Positions 21,372 to 31,087 of a stretch of 64,000 nt of DNA are shown one piece after another. Numbering within the stretch: the stretch's first letter is position 1; each line of letters starts with the position of its first letter. The stretch is from contig CAWCRS010000007.1 in the NCBI GenBank assembly GCA_963798085.1, positions 288,001 through 352,000 on the forward strand, read 5' to 3'. The notes beneath the pieces were generated by a model. The model made no database searches, was not told the origin of the DNA, and worked only from the letters and a program-made list of their open reading frames with translations. The DNA is from an uncultured Gemmatimonadales bacterium (GTDB lineage Bacteria > Gemmatimonadota > Gemmatimonadetes > Longimicrobiales > RSA9). The position numbers and the translations under genes were made by a program.

Positions 21372-23531
21372 ATGCTTTTCGCAGTGTTCGTCGTCATGCA
21401 GCTGGCAGGCAGCGACTCCACGTACTCGAGCCCCGGACTGCGGCAGCTCGTGGCCGAGGCCGCGGCGGCGAACCGCGTACCCCGCGAACTCGCCGGTTAT
21501 CAGGCCCGTCTGGAAAGCGAGCTCGCCCGGCTCGTACCCGATGCGCGCGGCCTGGAGCATGTCACGCAGCTGGAGCAGGTGGCGAGCACGTTCCGCTGGA
21601 CTCGCGACGGCGAGCTGGAGCAGCACATCGTCGGCTACCGCTCCCGGGGCGAGCTGACGCTCTCCACGCTCACTCTGCTGCGCCGGCCCTGGGCGCTGCC
21701 CACACTGTACGGCAATCGCCTGAATATGGTGTTCGCCTCACGTGCGAAGACGCCGCCGGACAGCGCGCACCTGAGCATTGCCGTGCACCCGCTGGCGGAG
21801 GACCGCGATTCCGTGTATCGCTTCAGCGGCGGTGACACGGTGCTGGTCCTGCACCTGAGCGGCCGCTCCATCCCGCTGGTGCGGGTGCGCGTCACACCCC
21901 GGCCGACGGAATGGCACACGACCCAGCGGCTGCTGCTGTTCCGCGGCGACCTGTTCATCGATGCGGAGCGCAAACAGATCGTTCGCATGCGCGGCCAGCT
22001 GGACATTGTGGATCGGCACCCGTCGCTGGCCAGTCGCGTGCTGGGATTCGCCGTGCGTGCCTACCTCTTCATGGATGTGATCGACGCCGAGTTCGAGCAG
22101 CGTTACTGGCTGCCCACGTACCAGCGCATTGAATTGCACTTCGGCTCCAGCCTTTCCGAGAACTTCCGGCCCGTCTTCCGCGTGGTCACGCGCTTCCGCG
22201 ATCAGCAGGTGGACACCGGCACGGTCGCCGCCTTCGCGCAGCTGGACGCGGCTGCCGCGGACACGAGCGATGAGCTGAGCTTCGCGCCGGGCGACAGTGT
22301 CGATGCGTTCCACGGCTGGCAGGGCGAAATCGGCGCGGAAGCGGCGGCGGTCACAGCGTCGGATTTCGACAATGTGGCGTCGCACGTAATCACGGTCACG
22401 GGGCGGCCCCGCCTGGACTGGAGCGCGCAGCATCTGTTCGACGTCTTCCGCTACGACAAGATCGAGGGCATGTACACGGGCGCGGGCGCGCGACTGCGCT
22501 TTCGCGATGCGGCGCCCGGACTCTCGCTCGTCGGACACGCGGGCTGGGCATGGGCCGAGCAGACCGCGCGCGGCGGGACGGAGCTGCGCTGGCAGCGGGA
22601 CCGCTGGCAGCTCGCGCTGGGCGCCCGCCGCGAGCTGGACAACACCAACGATTTCGTGCCCGTGCTCGAGGGGCCCGCCACGTTCGGCGCCGCGCTGGTC
22701 AGCATTGACGACTACGACTACGTCGCCCGCACGGGTGCCGGCCTCTCGGTGGTGCGTGCGCTGGACGTACGCCAGCGCCGCACGCTGCGCCTGGAAATCG
22801 GCCCGGCACGCGATGCCGCCGTGCACACGCACATGCGACGCGGGCTCCTGCTCCCCGACTCCGTGTTCCGCGCTAACCGTGTGGTAGCGGAAGGCGGGTA
22901 TGTGCGCGAAGCCGTGACGCTGGACATCAATCCCGCGGTGAGCGGCGATTTCCTCGAGCCGGGGGTCGGTTTCGCGCTGGCGTACCAGCGGGCGGCCGGG
23001 CAGTTGCGCTGGCAGCGCGTGGACACGCACATGAGCGCGCGGCACGGCCTGGGCCGGTTCACAGTGTCAGGACGCGCGGACGCGGCCGCACTCTTCGGCG
23101 GCTCGCCGCCGCAGCAGGTCATCGAGTTCGGCGAGAATGAGGGCATGCCGGGATACGGCTACAAGGAATTCGGCGGTGACCGCGCGCTGCTGCTGCGCGG
23201 GTCGCTGCGCTACTCGCTGCCCTGGCTGACCACGCCCATTCGACTGCGCCACCGGCTCACGCTGCCCGGCGCGGCGCCAACACTGGTCGCGGCTATCCAG
23301 GGTGGCTGGGCCGAGGCCACAGCACCGGAAACGCGCGCCGCGCTCGCTTCGTTCGGCTACCGCGCCAATGCGGCCGGCCGCCTCGTTCTGAACACGCGAC
23401 CCACGGATGGCGCACGCGCCAGCGTCGCCTTCTCGGTCGACTTCTTCGGCGGCTCGTTCGGTGTGGGTGTGGCGCGACCCATCGATCACGCGGCGAGGTG
23501 GATGCTGATCCTGGGATCCGCGCAGTTCTGA
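21372..23531 (+). CDS. Hypothetical exported protein with probable C-terminal outer-membrane beta-barrel
   Basis: Long ORF with typical codon bias; RYDKIEG motif followed by amphipathic strands; terminal Phe. Confidence 0.7.
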   Translation: MLFAVFVVMQLAGSDSTYSSPGLRQLVAEAAAANRVPRELAGYQARLESELARLVPDARGLEHVTQLEQVASTFRWTRDGELEQHIVGYRSRGELTLSTLTLLRRPWALPTLYGNRLNMVFASRAKTPPDSAHLSIAVHPLAEDRDSVYRFSGGDTVLVLHLSGRSIPLVRVRVTPRPTEWHTTQRLLLFRGDLFIDAERKQIVRMRGQLDIVDRHPSLASRVLGFAVRAYLFMDVIDAEFEQRYWLPTYQRIELHFGSSLSENFRPVFRVVTRFRDQQVDTGTVAAFAQLDAAAADTSDELSFAPGDSVDAFHGWQGEIGAEAAAVTASDFDNVASHVITVTGRPRLDWSAQHLFDVFRYDKIEGMYTGAGARLRFRDAAPGLSLVGHAGWAWAEQTARGGTELRWQRDRWQLALGARRELDNTNDFVPVLEGPATFGAALVSIDDYDYVARTGAGLSVVRALDVRQRRTLRLEIGPARDAAVHTHMRRGLLLPDSVFRANRVVAEGGYVREAVTLDINPAVSGDFLEPGVGFALAYQRAAGQLRWQRVDTHMSARHGLGRFTVSGRADAAALFGGSPPQQVIEFGENEGMPGYGYKEFGGDRALLLRGSLRYSLPWLTTPIRLRHRLTLPGAAPTLVAAIQGGWAEATAPETRAALASFGYRANAAGRLVLNTRPTDGARASVAFSVDFFGGSFGVGVARPIDHAARWMLILGSAQF

Positions 23532-23538
23532 TGTTGCG

Positions 23539-24333
23539 TCATGCGCCGCGCACGCGGCCCTCGAAGTCTTCCTCCCGGTACTCGTGCGCGTTGCGCTTCC
23601 CGGGCTCCCTGCTCGACTTCCGCCTGGCGCAGCTCGACCCGCCTGATCTTGCCCGACACCGTCTTGGGCAGGTCGCGGAATTCGTAACACACCGTTGTCC
23701 GCAATCCGGCGCAGCATCTGCGCCGGATCGGAACGATCGTAACCCGGAACGAACAGTGTCGCCCCCGCATTCCACGGTGCGAAGAAGCTGCTCCACGCGT
23801 GTTTGGCCCAGCCGGGCGAGCTGATGTTGAGATGGATGTCGTCCTCCTGCAGGCCGATCCAGTACATGGTGGACAGGTGTCCCACCGGGTAGCTCTGGTT
23901 GCAGCACGAGCTTGGGTCGCGATCGCGTGCCGGAAGTGAAGTACAGGAGCAGCGGATCCGTGGCGAGCGTCTCGCCCTCGGGCGTGAAGTGGCTGTCGTG
24001 CTCGTGCGCCCGCTCGAACGGGATCCAGCCCGTTGCCGTGCCGTCCACGACGATGCGTTTGAGACTGCTGCTCCTCGCCGCAAACTTGCCTGTCTGATCC
24101 GCCGCGACGACGAGGTGTGTGATGTGGCCGCGCTCCAGGCGGTCGCGCAGGTCATCGTGGACCAGCAGTGTGGTAGCCGGAACAATGATCGCGCCCAGCT
24201 TCATGGCGGCCAGCATGATCTCCCAGAGCGGCACGGTGTTGGGCAGCATGAGCAGCACCTGATCACCTCGCCGCATGCCCTGCGCGCGCAGGAAGAATCC
24301 CACATCCCAGCCGCCGCCCCCATGCATCGCCAC
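23539..24333 (-). pseudogene. Degraded AMP-binding acyl-CoA synthetase
   Basis: LYFTSGT..PKLV, SYPVGHLSTMYWIG, SSPGWAKHAWSS and LPKTVSGKIRRVELR lie in different frames; N-terminus and the large central region are missing. Confidence 0.85.
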
Positions 24334-24448
24334 GCCAGTTCAAACCGGGCGTTGCGCAGCGGCATCCCAGTGATGTGAACGCGCCGAGCCTTCGCCCGGC
24401 GAGCGCATCGCACTGTCGCCTGCCGCACGCGTGCCGCAAGGAGGATCC

Positions 24449-25099
24449 ATGCCGAGGAGATGGTTGGGTTGTGTGCTGTCCGGATTGCTGCTGGCGCCCC
24501 TGATTGCGGCATGGCCGGGAGGCTGGGCCGCGATCACGGTCGAGCAACTGCCGGACTACATCGTGGCGCAACAGCCGGTAACACTGACGTTCACGGTGCG
24601 CCAGCACGGTGTTACCCTGCTCGACGACCTGAAACCGGTCGTAGTGGCGAGAATGGCGGGCAGCGAAGTACAGGCGACGACCGCAAAGGCGAGGCAGAGC
24701 GGACAATACACCGCCACGTTCACACCGCCGCGCACAGGGGAGTGGACCATCGCCATTCACAGCGGCTTCGGCAACAGCAGAGTCACGCTGCTGCCCATCG
24801 AGGCCGTGGCGGCGGGATCACAACCCGCCACGCGGCTGGCCGAATTCGAGCGCGGTCGCAGACTCTTTGTCGCCAAGGGCTGCCTCACCTGCCACGTGCA
24901 CGGCCAGGTGGAGGGATCCGGCGTCGTGGCTGTTGGACCTGACCTGACAGAACGGCGCTTCGCTGCGGCATACCTCAGACGCTGGCTGGCGAACCCGGCG
25001 GCGGCTGCGCAGACGGCTGCACCTGCGACGATGCCGAACCTGCGACTCTCGCCCGCGGAGATCGAGTCCCTCATCGCCTTCATCAACACCGACTGGTAG
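24449..25099 (+). CDS. Exported c-type cytochrome with N-terminal Ig/YtkA-like domain
   Basis: AAGGAGG RBS, signal peptide, YTATFTPPRTGEWTI beta domain, CLTCH heme motif, GPDLT and distal MPNL. Confidence 0.88.
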   Translation: MPRRWLGCVLSGLLLAPLIAAWPGGWAAITVEQLPDYIVAQQPVTLTFTVRQHGVTLLDDLKPVVVARMAGSEVQATTAKARQSGQYTATFTPPRTGEWTIAIHSGFGNSRVTLLPIEAVAAGSQPATRLAEFERGRRLFVAKGCLTCHVHGQVEGSGVVAVGPDLTERRFAAAYLRRWLANPAAAAQTAAPATMPNLRLSPAEIESLIAFINTDW

Positions 25100-25249
25100 T
25101 CGCAGCCCGCGAGCCGTTCACGGCTCGAGCCCTTCGCGTTTGCGGTCCCGGGCCTGGCTTGGGATGCGGGTGCAGCCCGTCCTGCGCGAGACGACGGCTG
25201 CGCCCGCAACGCATCCATTGGGAGAGCTGCTCCACTGCAGGAGCCGAGA

Positions 25250-26217
25250 TTGAAAGCACGCGTCATCGGCGGCGTGGTGGCACTCTGGCTGCTCGTCGCG
25301 CTGGTGTGGGCCAGTCAAGACCGTGTTCGGCAGCAACCTGCAGGGTTCGCCCATCACGGCGGCCGCGGCGCTGCGCAGCACGCTCGGCGACACACTGGCG
25401 TGGATCCCCATCACGCTCGCCGTCATCGCGCTGGCCCATCGCTTTCCGGTCACACGCACACGCTGGCACCGCACCATCTGGATCCACATCGTCGCCTGCG
25501 CGCTGCTGGTCTACTGCGAGAACATCATCGTGGTGCTCACGTACCGGGCGACGCAACCGGGGCTCCCGCCGCTCGCATTGATCCTGCGACAGGGTCTGTA
25601 CTGGACCGCGCTGCGTGCACACGTCGGCGCACTCGTGTGCGTCGCGGTTGCGGCGAGCACGCAGGCCATCGGCTACTATCGCGAAACGCGTGCGCGCGAG
25701 CTGCGCCTGGCCCGGCTCGAGGGCCAGCTGGCGAGAGCCCGCCTCGAATGCGCTGACCGCGCAGATCCGGCCGCATTTCCTTTTCAACACGCTGCACACC
25801 ATCGGTCACCTGTGGCGCTCCGGCCGCAGCGATGATGCCGACATCATGCTCTACCATCTGCGCGCACTCTTCCAGCGCGTACGGCAGTGCACGTCGCGCC
25901 CGCTCGTGAGCCTGGATGAAGAGCTGGAAATGGTGGCGGACTATCTGGCCATCGAGGAAGCCCGCTTCCCCGACCGGCTGCGCGTCCGGGTAAGCGCGGA
26001 CGAATCGGCCAGGGCGTGCGCCGTGCCGCCGCTCCTGCTCCAGCCACTGGTGGAAAATGCCGTTCGCCATGGCGTCGCCGCTTCGGCCGCGGCGGGCGAG
26101 GTGGCCGTGCGCGCGAGCACGGATGGCGAACGCCTGGTCCTGCTCATCGACGATGATGGGCCGGGCATGGACCATGGCGGCGCCACCCGCGGCAGCGGCA
26201 CCGGCCTGGCCAATTGA
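25250..26217 (+). pseudogene. LytS-type sensor histidine kinase, two frameshifts and C-terminal truncation
   Basis: TM segments, AQIRPHFLFNTL, LQPLVENAVRHG, DDGPG, GTGLAN then stop; frameshifts near 25319 and 25748. Confidence 0.8.
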
Positions 26218-26226
26218 CGTGCCCGC

Positions 26227-26814
26227 GCCACCGTCCTGGTCACTGCGCACGACGAGCACGCCCTGCGTGCCTTCGAAGTGCACGCGCTCGATTCCGTGCT
26301 CAAGCCCTTCGGCCGGCCGCGCTTCCGCAGCGCCGTTCAGCGCGCCCTGTGTCGTCTCGAAGCCGACGACGCTTTTTCATTGCAGCGCACGCTCGCTTCG
26401 CTCGTACACAGTCGCCGGGACGGGCACAGCGCCGCGGCCCTGGCCGAACTGGTGGGCGCCGAACGCAGCACGACACCGCGGCTGGCGCGCTTCGCCATCC
26501 GCCGCAACGCACGCACCGTGATCGTCAGCGCCGAGGAAGTCGACTGGGTCGAGGCGGAGGGCGACTACGCCCGCCTGCACGTGGGCGATACGTCGCACCT
26601 GGTGAACGATCGCATGCACGCGCTGGCGCTGCGCCTCAATGCCGCCCGCTTCCTGCGCATCCACCGCTCCACCATCGTGAATCTGGAGCGCATTCGCGAG
26701 CTGCGCCGCACCGAGGATGGCGGCGGCATGGTCCTGCTCACCACCGGCGTGCAGCTGCGCGTCGCACGCAACCGCTGGAGCGCGCTGCAGCACGCGCTCG
26801 AGCTGGATCACTGA
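26227..26814 (+). pseudogene. LytTR response regulator lacking the N-terminal half of the receiver domain
   Basis: VTAHDEHALRAFEVHALDSVLKPF remnant, then LytTR domain (VEAEGDY, FLRIHRSTIVNL); no start or phospho-Asp region. Confidence 0.8.
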
Positions 26815-26912
26815 AGAGAATCGTCGCCTGCAACAAACACGCTGTCAGGAAACACGGCAGGTTGGTCCGATGAAGGCCGGCGCCGCACGACAGTGCGTTC
26901 CAGGCCCGGCCT

Positions 26913-27305
26913 CTACGTGGTGCGCCGCGTCGAACGCGCGCGGTTCGTTCCACGCACGGGAATCGTGCGCGCCGGATTGCCCCGCAGCACGCCGCTCCAG
27001 TCGCGCGCCTCCCGCTCCAGACGCCCGCACAGGATGTCGCACACACGGAAGACTTCCTCGTCGCTCAGCTTGTACAGCACGTTGAGGCCTTCCTTGCGCC
27101 GCGTCAGGAAGCCGTGCTGGTGCAGCACGCGCAGGTGCTTCGACAGGTTCGCCTGGCCCAGCCCCGTCTCCTCCATCAGATCGCTGACACTGCGTTCACC
27201 GTTCAGCAGTGTCGCCAGGATCGTGAGCCGGTTGGGCTCGCCCAGCGCCCTGAACCGCTCGGCCAGCCGTTCCAGCACGGGTCGTGTGAGTGGCAGTGAT
27301 GGCAC
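26913..27305 (-). CDS. ArsR/SmtB-family repressor with C-terminal CxxxC
   Basis: FRALGEPNRLTIL, QANLSKHLRVL, RRKEG..VLY, VCDILC; GTG start with AAGGGAG RBS. Confidence 0.92.
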   Translation of the reverse strand: MPSLPLTRPVLERLAERFRALGEPNRLTILATLLNGERSVSDLMEETGLGQANLSKHLRVLHQHGFLTRRKEGLNVLYKLSDEEVFRVCDILCGRLEREARDWSGVLRGNPARTIPVRGTNRARSTRRTT

Positions 27306-27330
27306 GGGGGTCTCCCTTCGGGGACTAAAC

Positions 27331-27365
27331 AACTATATGGTAATGTAGTCGGCCAGGGCCGTCAA
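27331..27365 (-). promoter_or_regulatory. Sigma70-type promoter of the arsR gene with overlapping palindromic operator
   Basis: Minus strand TTGACG-17bp-TACCAT; operator GACTACAT-TACC-ATATAGTT; near-identical copy at 34319-34353. Confidence 0.75.
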
Positions 27366-27531
27366 GGCCAACCACCACCACCCCCAAACACGCAACACAA
27401 GCGAAACCGCAGACCGGCAGGCCGCGGGGGAACGGCGCGGGACGACCCGCGCGCCGACTCTGGCACGGTCGCGGCATGCAGCGTACACTTTGCGACGAAA
27501 CCCTCTTCCTTCATTCGTCACGGAGTAGCCC

Positions 27532-28815
27532 ATGCGTTCCATCACATGCGCGCTCGTGTGCGGCGGGCTCGGCGTGCTGCTGAGCAGCGGCGCCATGGCG
27601 CAGGGCGGCGGCATGGCGGGCGCCGCGCAGGATGACGATCCCGTTGCCACGCTCGTGGGCCGGCTGGATCTCGAGTTGTACAAGGCGAACATCAGGGGGC
27701 TCACGCAATTTGGCGATCGCCGCCAGGGCACGGACCGCAATCGCGCTGCGGTGGACTGGATCGAGGCACAACTGAAGAGCTTCGGCTGCACGAACACCGA
27801 ACGCGTTCGTTACGAGTACGCGCCGCCGCCGCCGCGTGGCCGCGGCGCGGGCGCCGCACGTGGCGACAGCGCGGCCGGTCGCGGTGCGCAGGGACGCGCA
27901 GGTGGGGGAAGGGCTGCCGGCGGCGCGGCAGGACGCGGCGCAACGCAAGGGCAGGGTGGCAGCCGCATTCGTGGCATTCGTGCGCGCACGGGCGTGAACA
28001 ATGATTCCATGGCGCAGCCGGATGCTCGCCTGCGCGCGCTCGACTCGCAGCCATCCTCGCCGGGTGTGCGCGAGGAAGTGTTCTGCACGAAGGTCGGCAC
28101 AACGCATCCCGGGGAAATGTACATCGTGGGTGGTCACATGGACGGCATTGGCTGGGGCGAGGCCGCGAATGACGACGGTTCGGGCACGGCGCTCGTGATG
28201 CAGCTGGCGCGCGTGTTCAGCCGGCCCGATGTGCAGACGGATCGCAGCATCCGCTTCGCGCTCTGGAACAACGAGGAGAGCGGACTCAACGGCGCGCGTG
28301 CCTACGTCGAGCAGCGCCAGGCGCTGCAGGGGAAGGAGGACCCGCCGGGGTCGGGGAAGTACCCGGAGCCGAAATGGCTGGGCATGATCCAGCACGACAT
28401 GATGCTGTTCGACCACGGCATGCCGCGCGCCGATGGCACGCTCAGTCCGGAGCAGCGGCCCGAGGCCGACGTGAACATCGAGTTCCAGTCTAACTCGAAG
28501 TTTGCGGAGGAATCGATGAAGCTGGCCTGGCGTTTCGCCACGGCCAACGAGAAGTATGCCACCGACTACCCGGCCGCGGTGGGCCAGCACATGACCAACA
28601 CGGATTCTGCGCCCTTCCAGGATCTGATTCCCGCCATCAGCCTGCGCGAGAACGAGCGTGGCGCCCAGATCGGCGGCGGCTGGGACCCCAACTGGCACCA
28701 GCCGACGGACCGCTACACGACGTACAGCGACAAGGATTTCCGCCTCGGTCTCAATGCGGCGCAGACCACGCTCGCCGCGCTCGCCGAGCTGACCGGCGCG
28801 ACCGTCCGCAAATAG
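27532..28815 (+). CDS. Secreted M28-family metallopeptidase with Gly/Arg-rich insert
   Basis: GGHMD, ANDDGSG, NNEESGL, QHDM, NTDS, WHQPTD zinc/catalytic motifs; signal peptide. Confidence 0.92.
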   Translation: MRSITCALVCGGLGVLLSSGAMAQGGGMAGAAQDDDPVATLVGRLDLELYKANIRGLTQFGDRRQGTDRNRAAVDWIEAQLKSFGCTNTERVRYEYAPPPPRGRGAGAARGDSAAGRGAQGRAGGGRAAGGAAGRGATQGQGGSRIRGIRARTGVNNDSMAQPDARLRALDSQPSSPGVREEVFCTKVGTTHPGEMYIVGGHMDGIGWGEAANDDGSGTALVMQLARVFSRPDVQTDRSIRFALWNNEESGLNGARAYVEQRQALQGKEDPPGSGKYPEPKWLGMIQHDMMLFDHGMPRADGTLSPEQRPEADVNIEFQSNSKFAEESMKLAWRFATANEKYATDYPAAVGQHMTNTDSAPFQDLIPAISLRENERGAQIGGGWDPNWHQPTDRYTTYSDKDFRLGLNAAQTTLAALAELTGATVRK

Positions 28816-28821
28816 CGCGGT

Positions 28822-29301
28822 TCAATCGCTGCCGGGAGCGTCCGCGGGCAGGCTGATGCGCAGCTGGCCGGTGCGCGCGTCGTATGCGGTGTCGTAGCGT
28901 CCCAGCGGAAACCGCGCCGGGCCCTTGTGCACGTGACCCTGCAGATCGAACTGCGAGCCGTGGCAGGGGCACGTGATCAGGCCGCCTGCGGGTGGATTCA
29001 GTGGACAGCCCTCGTGCGTGCACTGCATGGACCAGGCGACAAAGTGATTCCGCGTCCTGCGCACGATCAGAATACCCGCGCCGTCGGGCCCCGGCTGCGC
29101 CACGACGAGCGAATCGCCGTCCCGGGCCAGCCCGGCGACAGCGATGGTCGTCGCAAATCGCGCGTTAGGCGGGCGGCCGTGCAGCACGCGGGCGCAGCCC
29201 TCCGCCAGCAGAGCGGCGGCGGACACGCAGACACGGGCCACGGCCCGGCCCAGTCGTCCGGCGAAATCCCGGCGCGTCACTCCGGGCGCAGACAGGGTCA
29301 A
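28822..29301 (-). CDS. Tat-exported Rieske [2Fe-2S] protein
   Basis: TRRDF Tat motif; CTHEGC and CPCHGSQF boxes. Confidence 0.93.
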   Translation of the reverse strand: MTLSAPGVTRRDFAGRLGRAVARVCVSAAALLAEGCARVLHGRPPNARFATTIAVAGLARDGDSLVVAQPGPDGAGILIVRRTRNHFVAWSMQCTHEGCPLNPPAGGLITCPCHGSQFDLQGHVHKGPARFPLGRYDTAYDARTGQLRISLPADAPGSD

Positions 29302-30359
29302 CCGGCCCCTCCCACTGCCACCGCAGCCATGCGCTGCGGATAACGCCCCACCTTGATGCGCGCCAGCTCCTTGTGCGTGGCGAGATCGATCACCGACACG
29401 TCATCGGAGCCGCGATTGCTGACGTACGCGTGCCGCCCATCGGGTGTGAGCGTCACCCAGTTGGGATCGTGGCCCACCGGTACGGTAGCCACCAGCGCCA
29501 GGTCGGGCAGCGAATAGATCGCAGTCATGTCGACAATGCTGCCGTTGGCGATGAGGTAGTTGCCGTCCGCCGTGATGCGCAGGCCGTGGTTCACGTCCAC
29601 TGGCATGCTGTCGGGCAGGGCGAGGCCCGCGGGCACCGGCAGCGCCACCCGGCGTACTGTCTCCCCGCTCTGCGCATCCGCAACGACAAAACCGTGATAG
29701 TGCGAGAGCTGCACGAAGATGCGGCTCTCATCGTGGCTCACCGCGATGGGGCGCACGTTGGCGCCGAACGGTATGCGGCGCAGCACCGCCCTCGTTCGCG
29801 CGTCGAATACCACCACATCGGTCCCGCGAATCAATCCGACGTACACCTGCCGTCCGTCGCGCGACACATCGATGTCGTGCGGGCCCGGCCCCACCTGTAC
29901 GCTGTCCACCACCGCCTTGCGTGCCGGGTCGACGATGTCGACATACCCGGTCGACACGATGGTCACGTAGATGCGCTGGCCGTCGGGCGACACGGCCACG
30001 TGATTCGGTGCGCCGCGCAGCGGCGCCCGCCACAGCACTTTCAGCCGCACCGGATCGATGGCGACGATTTCGCCGTTGCCTGAAGGCCGGCCATCATCGC
30101 GCCGCACAATGCGGCTCAGGTAGAGAACGTCGCCCGCGGGTGAGGGCACAATGTCGTCCGGCGAAAGACCCACCGGAAGTGTGCCGGTCACCGTGAGCGT
30201 CGCGTCGTCGATTACGGATACATCGCCGCTGTTAGTATTCTCCACGAACAGCAGCTGCCGGCGTTGCGCACGCACCGCGGAGCCCATCAGCAGCGCTGCC
30301 AGAGCGAGGCCGCACGCGAAGCGCGTGGATCGGGATGGAACGCAGCAGATACGTGTCAT
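29298..30359 (-). CDS. Secreted YVTN/YncE-type beta-propeller protein
   Basis: Repeated V(G)xxP..V(S/T)PDG blades, YVSNRGSDDVSVID; signal peptide; GAGGAG RBS. Confidence 0.9.
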   Translation of the reverse strand: MTRICCVPSRSTRFACGLALAALLMGSAVRAQRRQLLFVENTNSGDVSVIDDATLTVTGTLPVGLSPDDIVPSPAGDVLYLSRIVRRDDGRPSGNGEIVAIDPVRLKVLWRAPLRGAPNHVAVSPDGQRIYVTIVSTGYVDIVDPARKAVVDSVQVGPGPHDIDVSRDGRQVYVGLIRGTDVVVFDARTRAVLRRIPFGANVRPIAVSHDESRIFVQLSHYHGFVVADAQSGETVRRVALPVPAGLALPDSMPVDVNHGLRITADGNYLIANGSIVDMTAIYSLPDLALVATVPVGHDPNWVTLTPDGRHAYVSNRGSDDVSVIDLATHKELARIKVGRYPQRMAAVAVGGAG

Positions 30360-30507
30360 GCCGCTCCTCCGTGCAGAGGGTGGGCGGTGTGGCGGGGTCA
30401 CCACCAAGATGCGCCGTGCGCGCCGGCCCGCCAGCCCCGCCTCGCCTTGCCGCGAGTCCGCCGCAAGGGCATCTTCGGATACACACCCTGTCGATGGGAA
30501 GCGATCG

Positions 30508-31083
30508 ATGGAAGGCAGCCAGGGCGGCGATGTCACACGTCTGCTCATCGCCTGGAGCGGAGGCGATGACGCTGCGCTCAACCGGCTGATCCCTCTCGTA
30601 TACGCCGAGCTGCACAACATCGCAGGCCGCCAGCTCCGCGACGAGCACGCTGCCGACACCTTCCAGACCACGGCACTGATTCACGAGGCCTATCTGCGTC
30701 TCGTCGGCGCCGATGTCGAGTGGGAAGGCCGCCGGCATTTCCTCGCCATCGCCTCCAACACCATGCGCCGCGTGCTCGTCGACCACGCCCGCGCCCGAGC
30801 CCGGGTGAAGCGCGGCGGCGGCGACGCCGTGTCGGTAACACTGACCGAACGGCTCCACGCCGACGATGAGGGCGGCGATCCCATGGATGTGCTCGCACTC
30901 AATGAAGCACTCGAGCGCCTGACTGCCATCGATGAACGCAAGGCGAGGATCATCGAGCTGCACCATTTCGGTGGCCTCAACTACGAGGAGATCGCCGGCG
31001 TCGTCGGCATCTCGCCCGCCACCGTCCACCGCGAGCTGCGCCTCGCCCGCGCCTGGCTGTTCAACGAGCTGAACCCGGATTGA
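30508..31083 (+). CDS. ECF sigma factor of the kinase-associated type
   Basis: LIPLVYAEL, FQTTALIHEAYLRL, MRRVLVDHAR, SPATVHRELRLARAWL. Confidence 0.93.
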   Translation: MEGSQGGDVTRLLIAWSGGDDAALNRLIPLVYAELHNIAGRQLRDEHAADTFQTTALIHEAYLRLVGADVEWEGRRHFLAIASNTMRRVLVDHARARARVKRGGGDAVSVTLTERLHADDEGGDPMDVLALNEALERLTAIDERKARIIELHHFGGLNYEEIAGVVGISPATVHRELRLARAWLFNELNPD

Positions 31084-31087
31084 GCGC

